NCBI RefSeq assembly: GCF_032191835.1
Contig: NC_083229.1
Location: 122,450,001 to 122,514,000 of the forward strand
Source: Heteronotia binoei
Lineage: Eukaryota
Reading direction: 5' to 3'
DNA length: 64,000 bases
This document shows positions 1-11,674 of this stretch, one piece after another. A program made the translations under genes and the position numbers. The number at the start of each line of letters is the position of its first letter. The stretch's first letter is position 1. The notes under the pieces are model-generated. The model did no database searches, was not told the DNA's origin, and saw only the letters and a list, made by a program, of their open reading frames with translations.

Positions 1-60
1 CCCGTGGCCAACTGTCATTTCAACCTGAAATATCAAGTAACTTGTTCTTGAACTAGAGCT

Positions 61-520
61 CTTTAGCAAATAGTTGTCCTATTTAGCAAATAGTTGTTTT
101 ATTTAGCAAATAGTTGTTCTATTTAGGAAATAGTTGTCCTATTTAGCAAATAGTTGTTTTATTTAGCAAATAGTTGTTTTATTTAGCAAATAGTTGTTCT
201 ATTTATCAAATAGTTGTTTTATTTAGCAAATAGTTGTCCTATTTAGGAAATAGTTGTCCTATTTATCAAATAGCTGTTTTATTTACCAAATAATTGTTCT
301 ATTTACCAAATAGTTGTTCTATTTATCAAATAGTTGTTTTATTTACCAAATAGTTGTTCTATTTATCAAATAGTTGTCCTGTTTATCAAATAGTTGTTTT
401 ATTTAGCAAATAGTTGTCCTAATTAGGAAATAGTTGTTTTATTTACTAAATAGTTGATCTGTTTATCAAATAGTTGTCCTATTTATCAAATAGTTGTTTT
501 ATTTACCAAATAGTTGTCCT
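61..520. repeat. 20-bp minisatellite, 23 units (consensus ATTTA[G/C/T]CAAATAGTTGT[TT/CC/TC]T)
   Basis: Exact 20-bp periodicity visible line by line, with stop codons recurring on both strands and no unique spacers. Confidence 0.97.
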
Positions 521-568
521 GCTTGAGATAGCAAACTACGACTCAAGAAAACAATGGAAGAGGATCTG
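514..568 (+). CDS. Candidate internal exon of an unidentified gene (VLLEIANYDSRKQWKRIW)
   Basis: AG at 512-513 and donor CTG|GTAAGA at 569. Its phase-2 end is compatible with the candidate exon at 4253. An alternative frame (KLRLKKTMEEDL) is also open, and no protein is recognised. Confidence 0.3.
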
Positions 569-659
569 GTAAGAATGACTTTGTCTCTCGCTCGACTGTT
601 GGTAGATAGACTCGAGGAGGATGCGTAAATAGCCACTGAAGAGACAGAAGGGCACAAAC

Positions 660-1188
660 GGGTTGCCAAGACCAATTCAAGAAATATCTGGGGACTTTGG
701 GGGTGGAGCCAGGAGACTTTGGGGGTGGAGCCAGGAGACATTAGGGGTGGAGCCAAGATCAAGGCTGTGACAAGCGTAATTGAACTCCAAAGGGAGTTCT
801 GGCCATCACATTTAAAGGGACGGCACACCTTTTCAATGCCTTCCTTCCATAGGAAATAATGAAGGATAGGGGCACCTTCTTTTGGGGCTCATAGAATTGG
901 ACCCCCTGGTCCAAACTTTTTGAAACTTGGAGGGTATTTTGGGGAGAGACACTAGATGCTATACTGAAAATTTGGTGCCTCTACCCCAAAATACAGCCCC
1001 CCCCAGAGCCCCAGATACCCGTGGATCAATTCTCCATGATTTTCTATGGGAATAAATCTCATTAGGGAATAATAGAGTTCCCAGCAGACATTTCCTTCCC
1101 CTCTCCCCGCTTTCTGATGACCCTGAAGCGGGGGGAGAGTCTCCAAACCAGGGTATCCCCTGCCCCCACCTAGGAACTGGCAACCCTA
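660..1188. mobile_element. Non-autonomous hAT (Blackjack-like) MITE
   Basis: Ends GGGTTGCCA...TGGCAACCCTA, 8-bp TSD GCACAAAC (652-659 and 1189-1196), internal GGGGTGGAGCCAGGA repeats. Confidence 0.85.
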
Positions 1189-1310
1189 GCACAAACATTG
1201 GGTTTGTACTTCTAATGAGGGGGGGACTGATCTGCTGGATCAGACCACAGCTGTGTCAAGTACCATGCCCTTTTCCCCCAGCAGCAGTCAGCCAGCCCCA
1301 CAGCTTCTGG

Positions 1311-2043
1311 TATGGTTGCCAGCCTCCAGGTGGCGCCTGGAGATCTCCTGCTTTGACAACTGATCTCCGGCTCCCTTGGAGAAAATGGCTGCTGTAAAGG
1401 GTGGACTCTCCTCCTTTCCCCAAACCCCGCCCTTTCCTGAATCCACCCCCCCCCCCAAAGTCTCCAGGTATTTTTCAACACGAGGGATGCCAAGTCCAAT
1501 TCAAGAAATATCTGGGGACTTCGGGGGTGGAGCCAGGAGACTTTGGCGGTGGGGCAAGGAGCCATTGAGGGTGGAGCCACGGGCAAGGTTGGAACAAGCA
1601 TCATTGAACTCCAAAGGGAGTTCTGGCCATCACATTTAAAGGGACCGCACACCTTTTCAATGCCTTCCCTCCTTTGGAAATAATGGAGGATAGGGGCACC
1701 TTCTTTGGGGGCTCATAGAATTAACCCCCTGGCCCAATCCTTTTGAAACTTGGAGGGTGTTTTGAGGAGAGGCATAAGATGCTATGCTGCAAGTTTGGTG
1801 TCTCTACCTCAGAAAAACAGCCTCCCCAGCCCCAGATACCCGTTGATCAATTCTCCATTATTCCCTAAGGGAATAGTTCTCCATAGGGAATAACAGAGTG
1901 CCTAGTAGACATTTCCCTCCGTGCCCCCCCCCCTCGCCCGTCTTCTGCTGACTCTGAAGCAACGGGAGGGCCTCCAAACCAGGGGATCCCCTGCCCCCAC
2001 CTGGGGATTGGCAACCCTGTTCAACACAGACCTGGCAACTCCA
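1311..2043. mobile_element. hAT (Blackjack-like) MITE hosting a nested MITE
   Basis: Ends TATGGTTGCCA...TGGCAACTCCA and perfect TSD GCTTCTGG (1303-1310 and 2044-2051). Confidence 0.8.
1482..2019. mobile_element. hAT (Blackjack-like) MITE, same family as 660-1188, nested
   Basis: Perfect TSD TTCAACAC (1474-1481 and 2020-2027), and colinear with 660-1188. Confidence 0.85.
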
Positions 2044-2483
2044 GCTTCTGGGAAGGCCTGAAAGCAGAGTATGAGGCAATAGCCTTCCTCTTCTCTTTGT
2101 CCCCAGCTTCTGGTCGTTCAAGGTAGACTGCTCCTACCCAAGGAGCCGCCCTGAGCCACTTGTGGGAAGGGCGGGATAGAAATTATAAATTATAAAATAA
2201 ATTCTAAGTTGCAGTCTTTCATAAACGAGCTGATATTGATTGAACCGACTGAGAGGGGCATTAAAGTAACTCGGTTGGTTCAGACCAAGAAGGCCCAGCC
2301 AGCTCAGCAGCCTGCTTCCAAACCAGAAGCCCGTAAGAAGGCCAGCAGGCAGGCAGGGCAGAGGAAAGAGAGCCCTCGCGCTTCCTACACAGGGCAATCT
2401 TCCTAGTGAGGGAAGGGCCATCACAGGCGCTGCAATCAGAGCTGGGTTAACAATCAAGCCAAGTAGGTACCTGTATGGGTACC

Positions 2484-3062
2484 CAGGGCTGTCAAGTCCA
2501 ATTCAAGAAATATCTGGGGACTTTAGGGGTGGAGCCAGGAGATGCTGGGGGTGGAGCCAGGGACATTGGGGGTGTGGAGCCAAGAGACGCTGGGGGGTGG
2601 AGCCAGGGACATGGGGGTGGAGCCAGGAGCAAGGTTGCGACAAGCATAGTTGAACTCCAAAGGGAGTTTTGGCCGTGACATTTAGAGGGACCACACACCT
2701 TTTCAATGCCTTCCTTCTATTGGAAAGAATGCAGGACAGGGGCACCTGCTTCTGGGGCTCATAGAATTGGACCCCCTGCCCCCCCCCAATCCTTTTGAAA
2801 CTTGGGGGGTATTTTTGGTGAGAGGCACTGGACACTATGCTGAAAATTGGGTGCCTCTCCTTCAAAAGGCAGCCTCTCCAGAACCCCAGATACCTGCAGA
2901 TGAATTCTCCACCAAACTCTATGGGAATCAGAATCCATAGGGAAAAATGGAGTGCCCAGGAGACATTTCCTTCCCCCCTTTGCTTTCTGAAGGCCCTGAA
3001 GCGGGGGGGAGGGCCTCCAAACCGGGGGATCCCCTGCTCTCACCTGGGGATAGGCAACCCTA
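2484..3062. mobile_element. hAT (Blackjack-like) MITE, third copy
   Basis: Colinear with 660-1188, with about five GGGGTGGAGCC repeats and no clear TSD. Confidence 0.8.
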
Positions 3063-3553
3063 AGGGGCCCCCACAACTTCAGGGCCCCTGGGCCAGATTT
3101 GCCCCTCCTCAGTTTCCCTCCTGCTTGCAGCCCTCCCAGCCTGGACGTGCAGCCAGCGACTGAGCCGCTCTTTGCCTGACTTGCCTGGTGTGGCTGCTGC
3201 TGGCGTCATTGCCAAGTTTGCCCCTCTCTGCCTCTCCCCTGCAGCTTCGTCAAAGGGGAGAAAGGGCCTGCAGGCTTCAGGGGGGGTCGTGGGCGACAGG
3301 GCGGGCGCTCAGATGCTGAGATAATTTGCAAGGCGGTCGCCAAGATTTCGACTGCCTAGAGGCCTTTACAGGGTTTAATCCGGCACTGATGACAATCCAT
3401 CCAAAACTCAAGAGGCAGGCAATCCTACTAGCCGCCTGGAGGGCAAAAACTGAAAGGCCCTTTCCCTCCAGCTTTCTCTCTGGAAAGGAGACCGGCCTCC
3501 GGATTTCAGAACACGAACAAAGCGCCGCTTGCCTGGTTTTCTGTCCTCTAGAC

Positions 3554-3948
3554 CAAGGGTCCCCAACCACCGGTCCATGGACCGGTCCCGGTCCATGGCC
3601 TGTTAGCAACCGGGCCTCGGAGCGAGGCAGAGCGGCCCCAGACTAAAGAGGTGGCAAGGCCTCTTTCATCTGCCCAGGTCTCAGGCAGGCAGTGTGACCT
3701 TCGCCTAACCCTCTTTTATCGACCTCCACCAATCAGCTGATTGGCAAGGGTCCTTAAATGGGATGGGAGGCAGAAACAGCCCCAGTCTCCCCCTCCCATT
3801 TCAAGACCCCTATGGGGGGCAGGGGTGCGGCATGGGTAGAGGGCAGCCTGGGGTGGCAAAACCCCCAGCGTCACCTCCCTCACTGGTCTGTGGGAAAATT
3901 GTCTTCCACTAAACCGGTCCCTGGTGCCAAAAAGGCTGGGGGCCACTG
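3554..3948. mobile_element. hAT (Charlie-like) MITE
   Basis: Ends CAAGGGTCCCCAACC...GGCTGGGGGCCACTG and TSD CTCTAGAC/CTCTAGAT (the NTCTAGAN target preference). Confidence 0.85.
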
Positions 3949-4252
3949 CTCTAGATCCTGGTACTCAAAGGTAGACTGTTTCTGAGCAGGGGAGTGTGGG
4001 GTGTTTCTATTCATGTCATGACTTATGGCCATGGGTTCAGTGGCCTGCATCCAATGGATGATTCCCATGGGGGGAAAGAGGAAACCAACAGACAGACATC
4101 CACCATCTTACTTGCCCTTGCAGGCATCTGGCTCCACCTGCCCTGAGGACCATCGGGCCTGCTATTGGGCAGACGACATTTGGCCAGACAATATTGTTGT
4201 TATTGTGTTCTTCTTGTTGTTGTTATTTAGGTTTCTGACTCACCACCTCCAG

Positions 4253-4328
4253 GAATCAGGGACTACTGGGGATATATTTCATCGAGGCAGACCTGATCCT
4301 GGAGGATATACTGAGCATTTCTGGTGAG
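4253..4328 (+). CDS. Candidate internal exon (NQGLLGIYFIEADLILEDILSISGE)
   Basis: Branch-like CTGAC followed by CACCACCTCCAG acceptor, and donor GAG|GTAAGA. 76 bp, phase 2 to phase 0; protein not recognised. Confidence 0.35.
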
Positions 4329-4830
4329 GTAAGACTTTCAAGGAAAGAAGGAAGCTAGGCAGATTCCCAAAGGCTCACATGGGTTTAGAGGCCAGAAGGT
4401 CTGAGAGATGAATTCAAAGAACAGACCCCCAGGCAGGCAGCGACAACCTGTTGGGGCCTAGAAACGGGTCAGTGAGGAAAAAGGCAAACCAGAACTTGTC
4501 TTGGGCCAGCTGTAACCGTAACAGCCAAACAACACCAGGGAACACAGTGAAATTATGCATCCTAGAACCATTCTTTGATAATAAAGAACACCAGAGGCCC
4601 TTTTCAGGATGACCGCCACAACTCAATGTTCTTTGTGCAAATAGTGTGCTCCATCAGTGAACCAGGGGACCTTCCAGAAACATCTCAAGGTGCCTTGAGT
4701 AAAGTCCGATGCTTTAGTTTAGCTTAACTTTGGCTGTAGCTCTCCTCTTCCTCAGTCTTTACTGCCTGAGATTTCTTTAAGTGGAAATTGAACTGGGGGG
4801 GCCTCCTGCATGCAAATCAGGGGCTCTAAC

Positions 4831-5110
4831 CAGGCCTCAGATTCAGCAGGAGCTCTCAGGAGCACAGCTCCTGAACCTTTCTGACAGTTCCCCTTCTTCC
4901 TCCCCACCTACCTTGTCCATTCAATAGCAGGTGCAGCTGCATAACAATCCCTGGATTTGAGAGCGGGCAGCCAGCCAGCCACCAGGGGCTTTGCCACGCC
5001 CCCAGCAGCCCTCATGAACCCCTGGAGAATCCCACGCCACCCTTTCTCCACTTCTTGTGTGATTTGGGGCGGCGGGTGGCTTGCTGACCTTGTGACTGGG
5101 GGGGCAGGGG
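4831..5110. mobile_element. Partial hAT-type MITE (CAGGCCTCAGATTCAGC family)
   Basis: Colinear with the copies at 35493 and 43314; right end missing. Confidence 0.7.
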
Positions 5111-5162
5111 GCAGCCTAGGAGCTGTAACTGTAGCATATACTGAACCCAACATATAGTTGGT

Positions 5163-5446
5163 GACAGCCAGTTTGGTGTAGTGGTTAAGTGTGCGGACTC
5201 TTATCTGGGAGAACTGGGTTTGATTCCCCACTCCCCCACTTGCAGCTGCTGGAATGGCCTTGGGTTAGCCATACATTTTGCAGGAGTTTGTCCTTGAAAG
5301 GGCAGCTGCTGTGAGAACCCTCTCAGCCCCACCTACCTCACAGAGTGTCTGTTGTGGGGAAGGAAGATTAAGGAGATTGTAAGCCGCTCTGAGTCTCTGT
5401 TTCAGAGAGAAGGGCGGGGTATAAACCTGCAATTCTTCTTCTCCTG
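5163..5446 (+). mobile_element. Squam3-like tRNA-derived SINE
   Basis: Head GCCAGTTTGGTGTAGTGGTTAAG with A/B boxes, an L2-like tail and a (CTT)n end. Confidence 0.9.
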
Positions 5447-5534
5447 TACGATGAGGTGCAGCCCTCCATGTTCTAAGCAGTCTTCAGTGGTCCACAGGCC
5501 AAAGTAGACATGTCTTTGATGGTGATGATGATGA

Positions 5535-5792
5535 TGAAGAAGAAGAAGAATTTCAGATTGGTCACAATCTCTTTTACCTTCCCCCCCACACATACACACA
5601 CACTCAAGCAGACACCCTGTGAGGGAGGTGGGGCCGAGAGAGCACTCCTAGAAGCTGCCCTTTCAAGGACAACTCCTATGAAAGCTATGGCTAACCCAAG
5701 GCCATTCCAGCAGCTGCAAGGGGAGGAGTGGAGAATCAAACCTGGTTCTCCCGGATAAGAGTCCGCACACTTAACCACTACACCAAACTGGC
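5535..5792 (-). mobile_element. Squam3-like SINE
   Basis: Reverse-complement match to the same family. Confidence 0.88.
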
Positions 5793-5896
5793 TGTCACCA
5801 ACCATATGTTGGGTTCAGTAGATGCTACAGTTTCCCGTTGCCTGCCACCACATCATGACCCCGGTGTGACTTGGAGGTTTTTCCAGCCAAATATTA

Positions 5897-6163
5897 GAAG
5901 AAGAAGACTGCAGATTTATACTCTGCCCTTCTCCCTGGATCAGAGACTCAGAGCGGCTTACAATCTCCTTTATCTCCCTCCCCCACAACAGACACCCTGT
6001 GAGGTGGGTGGGGCTGAGAGGGCTCTCACACCAGCTGCCCTTTCAAGAACAACTCCTGCAAGACTGACCCAAGGCCATTCCAGCAGCTGGATGTGGAGGA
6101 GTGGGGAATCAAACCCGGTTCTCCCAGATAAGAATCTGAGCACTGAACCACTACACCAAACTG
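5897..6163 (-). mobile_element. Squam3-like SINE
   Basis: Reverse-complement match with a (GAA)n tail. Confidence 0.88.
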
Positions 6164-6517
6164 AAATGGAAATATTGACTTGTTTTACTAGGAGGTAGGG
6201 CAGGTAAATTTTGTTCCTGCTTTTTTAAAAAAAGGATTAGAGGATCCAGGTGTCCAAGTGGAAAGGCCATATTTGGACAGCAAGGAAGACATGACTATAA
6301 TGTTCTACCTGTCATGGATTCCTCCTCTGTATGTTAAAAGACATAAAACTTGCTGCTATTTGCATGTTTGCTTTAGGAAAGAACTCTCAAGTCTGCCCTC
6401 ATTTATTCATGAATAAAGCACATGATCTAATGTCTAATTGGGCTATGGATATGGGGACTCTTAATGGGCTAACTTTGTAGTCTGAAGCTTTTCTTTGTTT
6501 CTTCCTTTACCTTTCAG

Positions 6518-6610
6518 TTCTCCTCTATAGAAACATCCCCGGTGGTCTCCAGCTGCAGCTCCACCTTGGAGAAATCAGGTGGAGCTGAAGAAGAGGACAT
6601 CGAGCTGGAG
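6518..6610 (+). CDS. Candidate internal exon (FSSIETSPVVSSCSSTLEKSGGAEEEDIELE)
   Basis: Long pyrimidine tract ending CTTTCAG and donor GAG|GTATGC. 93 bp, phase 0 to phase 0. Confidence 0.3.
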
Positions 6611-7321
6611 GTATGCCAGGCCCAGTCCCCAGCTCCTCATCTTGTCAGTGACTGTAAGGAGGCTCAGAGGGTCAGGAATCAGCCCTCCTTGGTGGTTTCT
6701 CCCCAGCTTCTTTTGCTCCTTCTGTATGCAGAAGTGCTCTTGAGCCCTCCAGAGAGCCCAGTCTTCCACAAGTCCATCTCATCCATAGGCCCCTTCGTGA
6801 CTATGTGGGGTAGACCCATGCTGCTAAATCCTAGAATGGCAACTAATTTTGTCTGTAGCCACAATCAGGGCCTTCGAGTATCCTAAAGACAGTTCCATTT
6901 ACTTATGAAGCTATCAGGTTGCTTCTATTGTTCCTAAGGATGTTTGCCTTGTGTGGGATGGTCTTCAGCTTTCATGTAAGAGAGCTTCTAGACATCATGG
7001 CATACGGCTGCGTTTGAAAGGTTGCCTAACATTGCAAGCATGAATTCGGTTCCACTCGCTGTCTTACATGGACAATCTACAGGCCAAGAAAGGGGATCTA
7101 GGGACTGCATCTGTGAAGAGTCTTCAGTATTGAGCATTTCTTCTCTTCTGGTGTAATTTCTTTGGATCTGAGAGGAAAATGTCTGGATCCTCCTCTGAAT
7201 AAGAAGCCCATTCCCTCTTTTGTCATTGAATGACTCAAGAGCAGACCTGTATTTTAATATGACAATTGACGTGTGTAACTATCTGCTGCGATTAGCTGTT
7301 GGTTGTTTCTTCATGAATTTT

Positions 7322-7628
7322 CTTCATTCATGAAGAGCCCCGTGGTGCAGAGTGGTCAAGCTGCAGTACTCCAGTCAAACTCTCTGATTGCGACCTGAGT
7401 TCGATCCCAGAAGCTGGGTTCAGGTAGCCGGCTCGAGGTTGACTCAGCCTTCCCTCCTTCTGACATCGGTAAAATGAGTCCCCAGCTTGCTGGGGGGAAA
7501 GAGTAGATGACTGGGGAAGGCAATGGCAAACCACCTCATAAAAAGTCTGCCGTGAAAGTGTCGTGATGCAAGGTTACCCCAGAGTCGGAAACGACTGGTG
7601 CTTGCACTGGAAACTACTTTTTTTTTGG
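7322..7628 (+). mobile_element. Sauria SINE (gecko-type), full length
   Basis: Head GAGCCCCGTGGTGCAGAGTGG, a Bov-B/RTE-like tail (GGAAGGCAATGGCAAACCAC...GAGTCGGAAACGACT), and 15-bp TSD TTCTTCATGAATTTT (7307-7321 and 7629-7643). Confidence 0.9.
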
Positions 7629-7904
7629 TTCTTCATGAATTTTGAACAGCAACAAATTCTTTGCTTTATTGCTGTCTTTCCCTGGAAACAGCCTATCAGC
7701 TTTGAGACTGAGATGGGGTGGGATGGGCATAGGCAGTCAGTGCACAAAACAGCAGGTCACACTTTTTTGATCCTGGATTCATAGCCTGTGTCCAAGTGCA
7801 GATGCATATGTTTGGATACAGGCATAGCTGGTGGGCTCCTTTTGGAGCCCCATGCATAATTCTCGGTTCTCCACTTACAAAAAGAGCCTGTAGAGCAGTG
7901 AAAA

Positions 7905-8188
7905 GTAGTAGAAGATATTGGATTTATATCCTGCTCTCCACTCTGAATCTCAGTGTCTCAGAACAGCTCACAATCGCCTTTCTCTCCCCCTCCCCCACAA
8001 CAGACACCCTGTGGGGTGGGTGGGGCTGCGGGGACTCTCACATCAGCTGCCCTTTCAAGGACAACTCCTGTGATAGCTATGGCTGACCCAAGGCCATCCC
8101 AGGGGGTGCAAGCGGAGGAGTGGGGAATCAAACCTGGTTCTCCCAGATAAGAGTCCGCACACTTAACCACTACACCGAACTGGCTCTC
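7905..8188 (-). mobile_element. Squam3-like SINE
   Basis: Reverse-complement family match. Confidence 0.88.
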
Positions 8189-8984
8189 TTCAGTTCAAAA
8201 GCTCAGAAACGGCCCAGCAAAAGGAGCCAAATGCTGGCACTCCTTCCCTACAAGAAAAGTCTAAAACGTGTAGAGCTTTTCAGTGTAGAAGGAAGTAGAG
8301 TTAAGTTGCACGGGTGGGCTGTTTCCCAGGGATGCCCTGTGCACCTTCCTGCTGTGGAAACACACAAGATCCAAGCAGATCCGATCCAGGCAACAACCGC
8401 TTCTCCTTCTTTTCAGAAGAAGCTGCTGTTGCAAGGAGCAGGCTATTCGGCCCATGAGGGAATCATCCCTGCTTCCCCAGCTGGCTGCGCGGATGCTGAT
8501 TGGCTGGCCTGAGGAACAATCCTCGGCTCTATGGAGTCTTGATTGGCTGGCTCTTTCAATGGCCTCCGGTCCTCCTTCGCCCTAACCTGCCTGGCATCTT
8601 CCGGCACAATGCCCCGTTTCCTTCAGAGAAGTCCACTTCCCAGAATTTCTTGTTCTGAAGCCTTATCAGTTAGGGGGGGCCTCTGTTTTCACTCAGACCC
8701 AACCGGCGGAGGAGATGACCGGCACACCAAACCTCAGCAGCAGCAGCACCATCGGTTGCTTGCCCCGGCTCTCCTGCCCCTCCTTCTGCAGGAGAATAAG
8801 AGGTTGGCTAAGGAGGAGGAGGAGTCGTGTCCAGCCAGCCGAACTGCTGGGGTATTGTCTGAGCTCCTTTGTTTATTTTTTCCTTGTCTGGAAATGTATA
8901 GATTTAATATACATTTAATTTAAATTTACATTTAATGCATGCCAATGTTAATGATTGTAGAGATGTTCAGTAATAATATAAATC

Positions 8985-9372
8985 ATAGAATCATAGAGCT
9001 GGAAGGGACCTCCAGGGTTATCTATTCCAACCCCCAGAACAACACAGGAAACTCACAAATGCCTCCCCCTAAATTCATAGGATCTTCATTGCTGTCAAAT
9101 GGCCATCTAGCCTCTGTTTAAAAACCTCCAAGGAAGGAGAGCCCACCGCCTCCCGAGGAAGCCTCTTCCACTGAGGAACCACTCTAATGATCAGGAAGTT
9201 CTTCCTAATGTTGAGGCGGAAACTCTTTTGATTTAAGTTCAACCCATTGGTTCTGGTCCTACCTTCGGGGGCCACAGAAAACAATTCCACACCCTCCTCT
9301 ATATGACAGCCCTTCAAGTTCTTGAAGATGGTGATTATATCACCTCTCAGCCGCCTCCTCTCCAGGCTAAAT
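8985..9372 (-). mobile_element. CR1 LINE 3' fragment
   Basis: ORF2 C-terminus (GRTRTNGLNL...FRLNIRKNF...WKRLPREAVGSPSLEVFKQRLD) and an (ATTCTATG)n tail. Confidence 0.9.
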
Positions 9373-9394
9373 GGTTATGTTAATAGTAAACCTT

Positions 9395-9862
9395 AACATT
9401 TGTAGCAAGTATTACAGCAAATACAGCAACGGAGAGCGTTTATGCTAGCAAGAATGAATGCCTTTCCTTCAAATGCTTTTTATGGAGGATTCCTCCAAAT
9501 CCCATATAGTGAGAGAGTCTGTCTTTGTGAGGTGAACAGCCCAGATTCCATCCAACATATATTGCTGGACTGTCAGCTATATTCTAATCCCTGGAGAGAA
9601 CTGTTTGGAAATCTTTCTCTCCTTTCCTGTAACCTAGTGAATGGGAGTGATTACCGCCCCCTGCTGAAAGATAATGGAATAGAAATCACAAGGGCTGTTA
9701 GTAAATTTCTGGAGAAGCCCATTAAAATCTATGTGGGGCATGTTTCGCTATCAATTTTATTAGCTTATTGTTCTTCATCTTAGACTGTATATCTTGTCTG
9801 TCCTTATTTCATGTTATGTCTTGAGTATGCCAGTAAAAGGTATGATGATGATGATGATGATT
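9395..9862 (+). mobile_element. RTE-X-like LINE 3' fragment
   Basis: C-terminal CCHC-like motif (IPYSERVCLC...SIQHILLDC) and a (TGA)n tail. Confidence 0.7.
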
Positions 9863-10057
9863 GCAAATATTAACAATTATATGTTTATATCAAATATTAA
9901 CTGGTAAAGTTTTAAGTTTGTATTATGTTGTTTAAGATTGCTTAAGATTATATGGTTTTATGTATTTATTTATTTATTTAAATTTCTATCCTGCCCTCCC
10001 CATAGCAAGCTTAGGGTGCCTAACAATCCATAAAAACACAACATCATAGATACAATA

Positions 10058-10285
10058 GGGGAGGGACGGTGGCTCAGTGGTAGAGCATCTGCTTGGGAAG
10101 CAGAAGGTCCCAGGTTCAATCCCCAGCATCTCCAAAAAGGGTCCAGGCAAGTAGGGGTGAAAAACCTCAGCTAGAGACCCTGGATAGCCGCTGCCAGTCT
10201 GAGAAGACAATACTGACTTTGATGGACCGAGGGTCTGATTCAGTATAAGGCAGCTTCATAAGTTGTTCATATGCTCATATGTTCA
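10058..10285 (+). mobile_element. Squam2-like tRNA-derived SINE with CR1-type tail
   Basis: Head GTGGCTCAGTGGTAGAGCATCTGC...GGTTCAATCCCC and tail GGTCTGATTCAGTATAAGGCAGCTT. Confidence 0.8.
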
Positions 10286-10379
10286 ATAAAAGCCCAGCGT
10301 GTCGGCTCATCCCTCAATTTTTATTGGAAGATGTGGCTACCGGAGGAGTGGCTTTGCACTGTCTGTCACCACTCCGCCC

Positions 10380-11300
10380 TGTCATTGGGTAGCCTCTTTG
10401 TGACCACTTCCTGCTGGCCCTATCAGGCCAGAACCCCATCAGTCACCCTCTGACCTCTGAGAGGTTCTCCTGGAGCCTTCCTGATCACTACTGCCTCTCC
10501 TCAGTCCCCCTCCCCACCCCCAAAACAAGCCCAGCAGGAAATCATTTGCATATTACCCCATATCCCGGGACATCACCACACATGACCACTAGAAGATCAT
10601 CAGTTACAGATAAGCAACCTGTTAATCTTCATCGCGGTCTCTGTGCTTGACACCATTTGGAGAATAACAAGCGAGCCCTACCTGGAGGTGGGTGCTGGCA
10701 GACATCAGTTGCCAACCAAACAAAGTACTGAACTCCCAACCACAGATCTCTGTTGCTCCCGAATGTTCAGAGTGCAGTGTCTAATCAAGGAGGTATAAGT
10801 GGCCCATGTGGCTGCTCTGCAGATCTCTAAGAGGGGAATGCCTTTGAGGAAGGCCATGGAAGTAGCCATTGCCCTGCTGGAAGGAGCCTTCAGAGGTCTT
10901 GGGACAGGCTTGTTAGCCAGCAGGTAGCATAATTTAATAGTCTCCACTATCCATCAGGAGATTTGCTGAGATGACAGCTTAGAACCTTTGTGATGGTCCG
11001 CACAAGTTACAAATAAGTGAGGCATCATCTGGAAAGCACAGGTTCTATGGAGATAGAAGAGAAGGGTCCATTGGACCTCCAGGGAATGCCACTGGCATCC
11101 CTCAGACATGGGATCGGGAAAGAAGGTAGAGAGAACTAGTTCAGACTGAGTATGAAACTCTGGTTCAATCTTAGAAAGAAAGTTAATGTCCAGAGTCAAT
11201 ATGACCCCTTCAGCATGGAATCAAAGCAAGGGATGGTCACAGTGAAGAGCAACTAATTCACTGAATTCACAAACAGAAGTTATGGCCACTAAAAATGCTG
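10380..11300 (-). mobile_element. DIRS1-like retrotransposon remnant: tyrosine recombinase C-terminal half plus 3' terminus
   Basis: Degenerate translation KTAFLVAITS...SELVAL...FLSK...; SSRAMATSMAFLKGIPLLEICRAATW (the YR H-x-x-R region). Confidence 0.85.
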
Positions 11301-11640
11301 TTTTCTACGGGAGGAGGTGGACATCGCACTTGGCCAGTGGTTTGAAGGGCTTAGGTCTGAACATAAGAGATACCATGTTGAGTCAGGCCAATGGCCCATC
11401 CAGTCCAACACTCTGTCACACAATGGGCAAAAAAACAGGTGTCACCAGTGGGGCCAGGACCCTAGAAGCCCTTTCACTGTTCCCACCAAACACCAAGAAT
11501 ACAGAGTAACTGCCCCAGACAAAGAGTTCCATCTATACCTTGTGGCTAATAGCCACTGATGGACCTCTACTCCATACACTTATCCAATCTGCTCTTGAAG
11601 TCATCTATGCTTGTGGTTACCACCACCTCCTGTGGCGTAT
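11300..11640 (-). mobile_element. CR1 LINE 3' fragment
   Basis: Reverse complement of the CR1 tail also seen at 13600 and 48935 (GTCCATCAGTGGCTATTAGCCACA). Confidence 0.8.
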
Positions 11641-11674
11641 TTAGAACTAAATGAAGATTCCACACGGGTTAGAG

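Noticed and set aside
61-520. CRISPR-like array
   Set aside because: Contiguous tandem units with no unique spacers, in a vertebrate TE context with no cas genes.
2209-2406. Lys/Gln/Ala-rich 65-aa ORF as a terminal exon
   Set aside because: The acceptor is weak, its phase conflicts with the better exon chain, and no homology is recognised.
5163-5235. tRNA genes (here and at other SINE heads, 7335 and 10058)
   Set aside because: The A/B boxes continue into SINE bodies and tails and do not form a complete cloverleaf.
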